Shown: one piece after another, positions 60,680 to 64,000 of the stretch
Layout of the letters: the number at the start of each line of letters is the position of its first letter
Position numbering within the stretch: the first letter of the stretch is position 1
Source of the DNA: the human T2T-CHM13v2.0 reference genome, Homo sapiens
Reading direction: 5' to 3' (one strand)
DNA length: 64,000 nucleotides
Assembly: GCF_009914755.1 (NCBI RefSeq)
Contig: NC_060942.1
Made by a program: the position numbers and the translations under genes
Notes under the pieces: generated by a model
What the model was told of the DNA's origin: nothing
The model's input: only the letters and a program-made list of their open reading frames with translations
The model's database searches: none

Positions 60680-61250
60680 CTTTTTTTAAATTGTGGTAAA
60701 ATACACATGGCATTAATTTACCATTTTAACCATTTTAAAGTGCACAATTTGTGGCATTAAGTACACTCACGTTGCTGTGCAACCATCACCACCGTCCATC
60801 TTCAGAACCTTTTTATCTTCCCAAACTGAAACTCTGTACTCGTTAAGCACTCACTTCCCTTTTCCCCATCCCCCAGCCCGTAGCAACCACGACTGTACTT
60901 TCTATGAATTTGACTACTCTAGGTACTGCATGTAGGTGGAATCATACAGTATTTGTCTTTTGCTTTGTTTTGTTTTGTTTTTTGTTTTCTAAGACAGGGT
61001 CTCACTCTGTCGCCCAGGCTGGAGTGCAGTGGTGCAATCACAGTGTCCTTTTGTGACTGGTTTATTTCACTTAGTGCCATGTTTTCAAGGTTCATCCATG
61101 TTGTTGCATGTCTCAGAACTTCCTTTTTTAGGCTAATATTCTTGCATATATTTACCTAGTTTTGCTTATCCATTCAGCCATTGATGGACACTTGGGTTGC
61201 TTCCATCTTTTGGCTATTGTGAATAATGCTGTTTTGAACGTGGGTGTGCT
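60680..61250 (-). mobile_element. L1MB-like 3' end with an embedded Alu fragment
   Basis: ATTTACCATTTTAACCATTTTAAAGTG...GTTGCTGTGCAACCATCACCAC hallmark. Confidence 0.75.
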
Positions 61251-61460
61251 ACATAGTTACTTTTTAAAATTGGCACAACAGCGCTGTCTTTTGACATACG
61301 TATTTTATGGAAAACACAAGATTTTCCTGGCTGACGCTCAACCTCATAATTTGGACCTTGGTGCAACACAATAATAGGAGAGCTATGTGTCAGTATATAT
61401 CACTAAGGATTACAATGAGAGTATATACAGTCAGTATTACAAATTATAAAAAGAAATGTA

Positions 61461-62250
<790 letters not shown>

Positions 62251-62567
62251 AGGGAACTAATAGAATCCTGGGTTCTTCGGTGTGCAATAAATCTCAAATA
62301 CAGTCTATTCAACCATAGATTTTAAATATTTGTTAGTGAAGGTGACAAAAAAATAAGTGATTAAGAGAACCTATTTTCTATCCAATGAGCTATCAAAAGC
62401 TTATAGAGTGGAAAGAGAGTGGGGGAAGTGAGGCTCAAAACAGCTAAATGGAAAGAAGATTTTGCATGCAGGCTGAACTGGATTTTCATCCTGGCTACTA
62501 TATTCTCCAGATGTGTCACTTTGGCCAAGATCCTTAATCTCAGTGTCATCTATAAGGTAATTAAAGT

Positions 62568-63067
62568 ACACTAGTGCCCCACTAATCTGTGGTTTTGCTT
62601 TCCAAGCTTTCAGTTACCCGAGATCAACTGCGGTTTTAAAATATTATGTGGAAAATTCCAGAAATACATAGTAAGTTTTCAATTGCATGCCATTAAATCT
62701 CATGCTGTCCCTGACCCCTTCCTCTCCGGAGGTGAATGCTCCCTTTGTCCAGTGGCTCCACGATGACTACATTCCCCAAATTGTTCTCTTAGGAACCCTT
62801 TCTGTGTTCAAGGAACCCTTACTTTACTTAATTATGGCCCCAAAGCACAAGATAGGGATGCCGGCATACTGTTATAATTGTTCTATTTTATTATTAGTTA
62901 TTGTTGTTCATCTCTACCTGTGACTAATTTATGAATTCAACTTTATCATAGGTATGTAGGTATAGGAAAAAAACATGGTATGTATAAGGTTCAGTACTAT
63001 CTGCAGTTTCAGACATCCCCTGGGGGTCTTGGAACATATCCCCCGTGGATAAGGGGAAACTACTGTA
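62568..63067. mobile_element. MER44/Tigger7-like DNA transposon
   Basis: Imperfect TIRs (TAGTGCCCCACTAATCTGTGG / CCGTGGATAAGGGGAAACTACTG-TA). Confidence 0.7.
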
Positions 63068-64000
63068 AAAGTTTGTGTTTTATAGAGTAGTTGTGAGAAC
63101 TACATTAATCCATAATGTGTGGCTCATGATACTCATTGATAGATGGTAGTAGCAACAATAAAAAATAATATTATCAAGTAACTGATTCATAATTGACTCT
63201 CAAAAACGTTAATTTTCTGCTTTCCTTTACCTAAGTTTACCTACATGTTTGAATTTGTAAAGGGAAGGTTTTTCTAGACCAATAATTTTCAAATATTTTT
63301 GCTCTCATACTTCCTCAAAGGAAACTGAAAAAGTTGCAACATACTTGCATGTCATTTTTCTATATAAGTTGAAAGAATAGCAAATTGTTATTTTCCCACG
63401 CATCGTAAAGATTAGCAGGTCATCCCTCTTTAAAATGTACCAAATGGAATCTAAATATCATCGCAATTTGACCCAGCATCATCCATTTAAACAAATATAC
63501 AAGTTTTTCTTTAACAATGAGAAATTTTATCTCATTACATTTTCTCCCTAAACTCTTATTTCAATCTACATTCCTAAGAATTTTATCCTAATGTAGTATA
63601 TTTTTATGCTTAAATATCTTTTGTTGATCAACACAATTTTGATCATTTTTAAATTTTAAAAATTAAGAACATCCTGTGACATCAAATTCTAGGTATGAAA
63701 TATTTATTCTAGATTGGGTGATCATTATAATTATTTTTTGTACATAATTGATCAAAATAACATAAATATACTACAAATTTCTATGACTACTAAACATATA
63801 AAAGTAAAATTTTAAACAAATATATCTCTTAATGAGAAGGAAGAGCTTTTTATACTCCAATAAGTTAACGTATCCACTAATAATTATTATTTCTTCCTAG
63901 AACAAGACAGGATTAAGCATCATGACCGTCCCTATTGGGGGATGTTTTTATAGATGCAAGCACTGTGGCACCTACTGGTATAAATGCACCTGCTGATTGG

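Overview
Primate (very likely human) genomic DNA, dense in Alu, L1, LTR and DNA-transposon remnants. It holds what appears to be the whole + strand gene CLUL1 (clusterin-like 1, a secreted retinal/cone clusterin-family protein). I assembled a 1401-nt, 466-aa CDS from 8 coding exons (28366-60233) by following splice signals and reading frame. The gene also has a CpG/VNTR promoter near 7.2-7.6 kb and candidate 5' exons. No prokaryotic systems, CRISPR arrays or rRNA/tRNA genes are visible, and nearly all other ORFs in the track are repeat artefacts. I cannot claim a wholly new system. The most interesting signals are regulatory: (1) a protein-silent last intron, where spliced and unspliced forms both end TGG-TAA, overlapped by a likely antisense terminal exon; (2) an Alu-derived 5' exon that rewires uORFs and adds an in-frame start; (3) a perfect p53 response element in a MER61-like LTR; (4) an obligatory GC-AG intron; (5) an alternating 27/24-bp promoter VNTR. 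Repeat family names come from recall of consensus sequences, and repeat boundaries are approximate.
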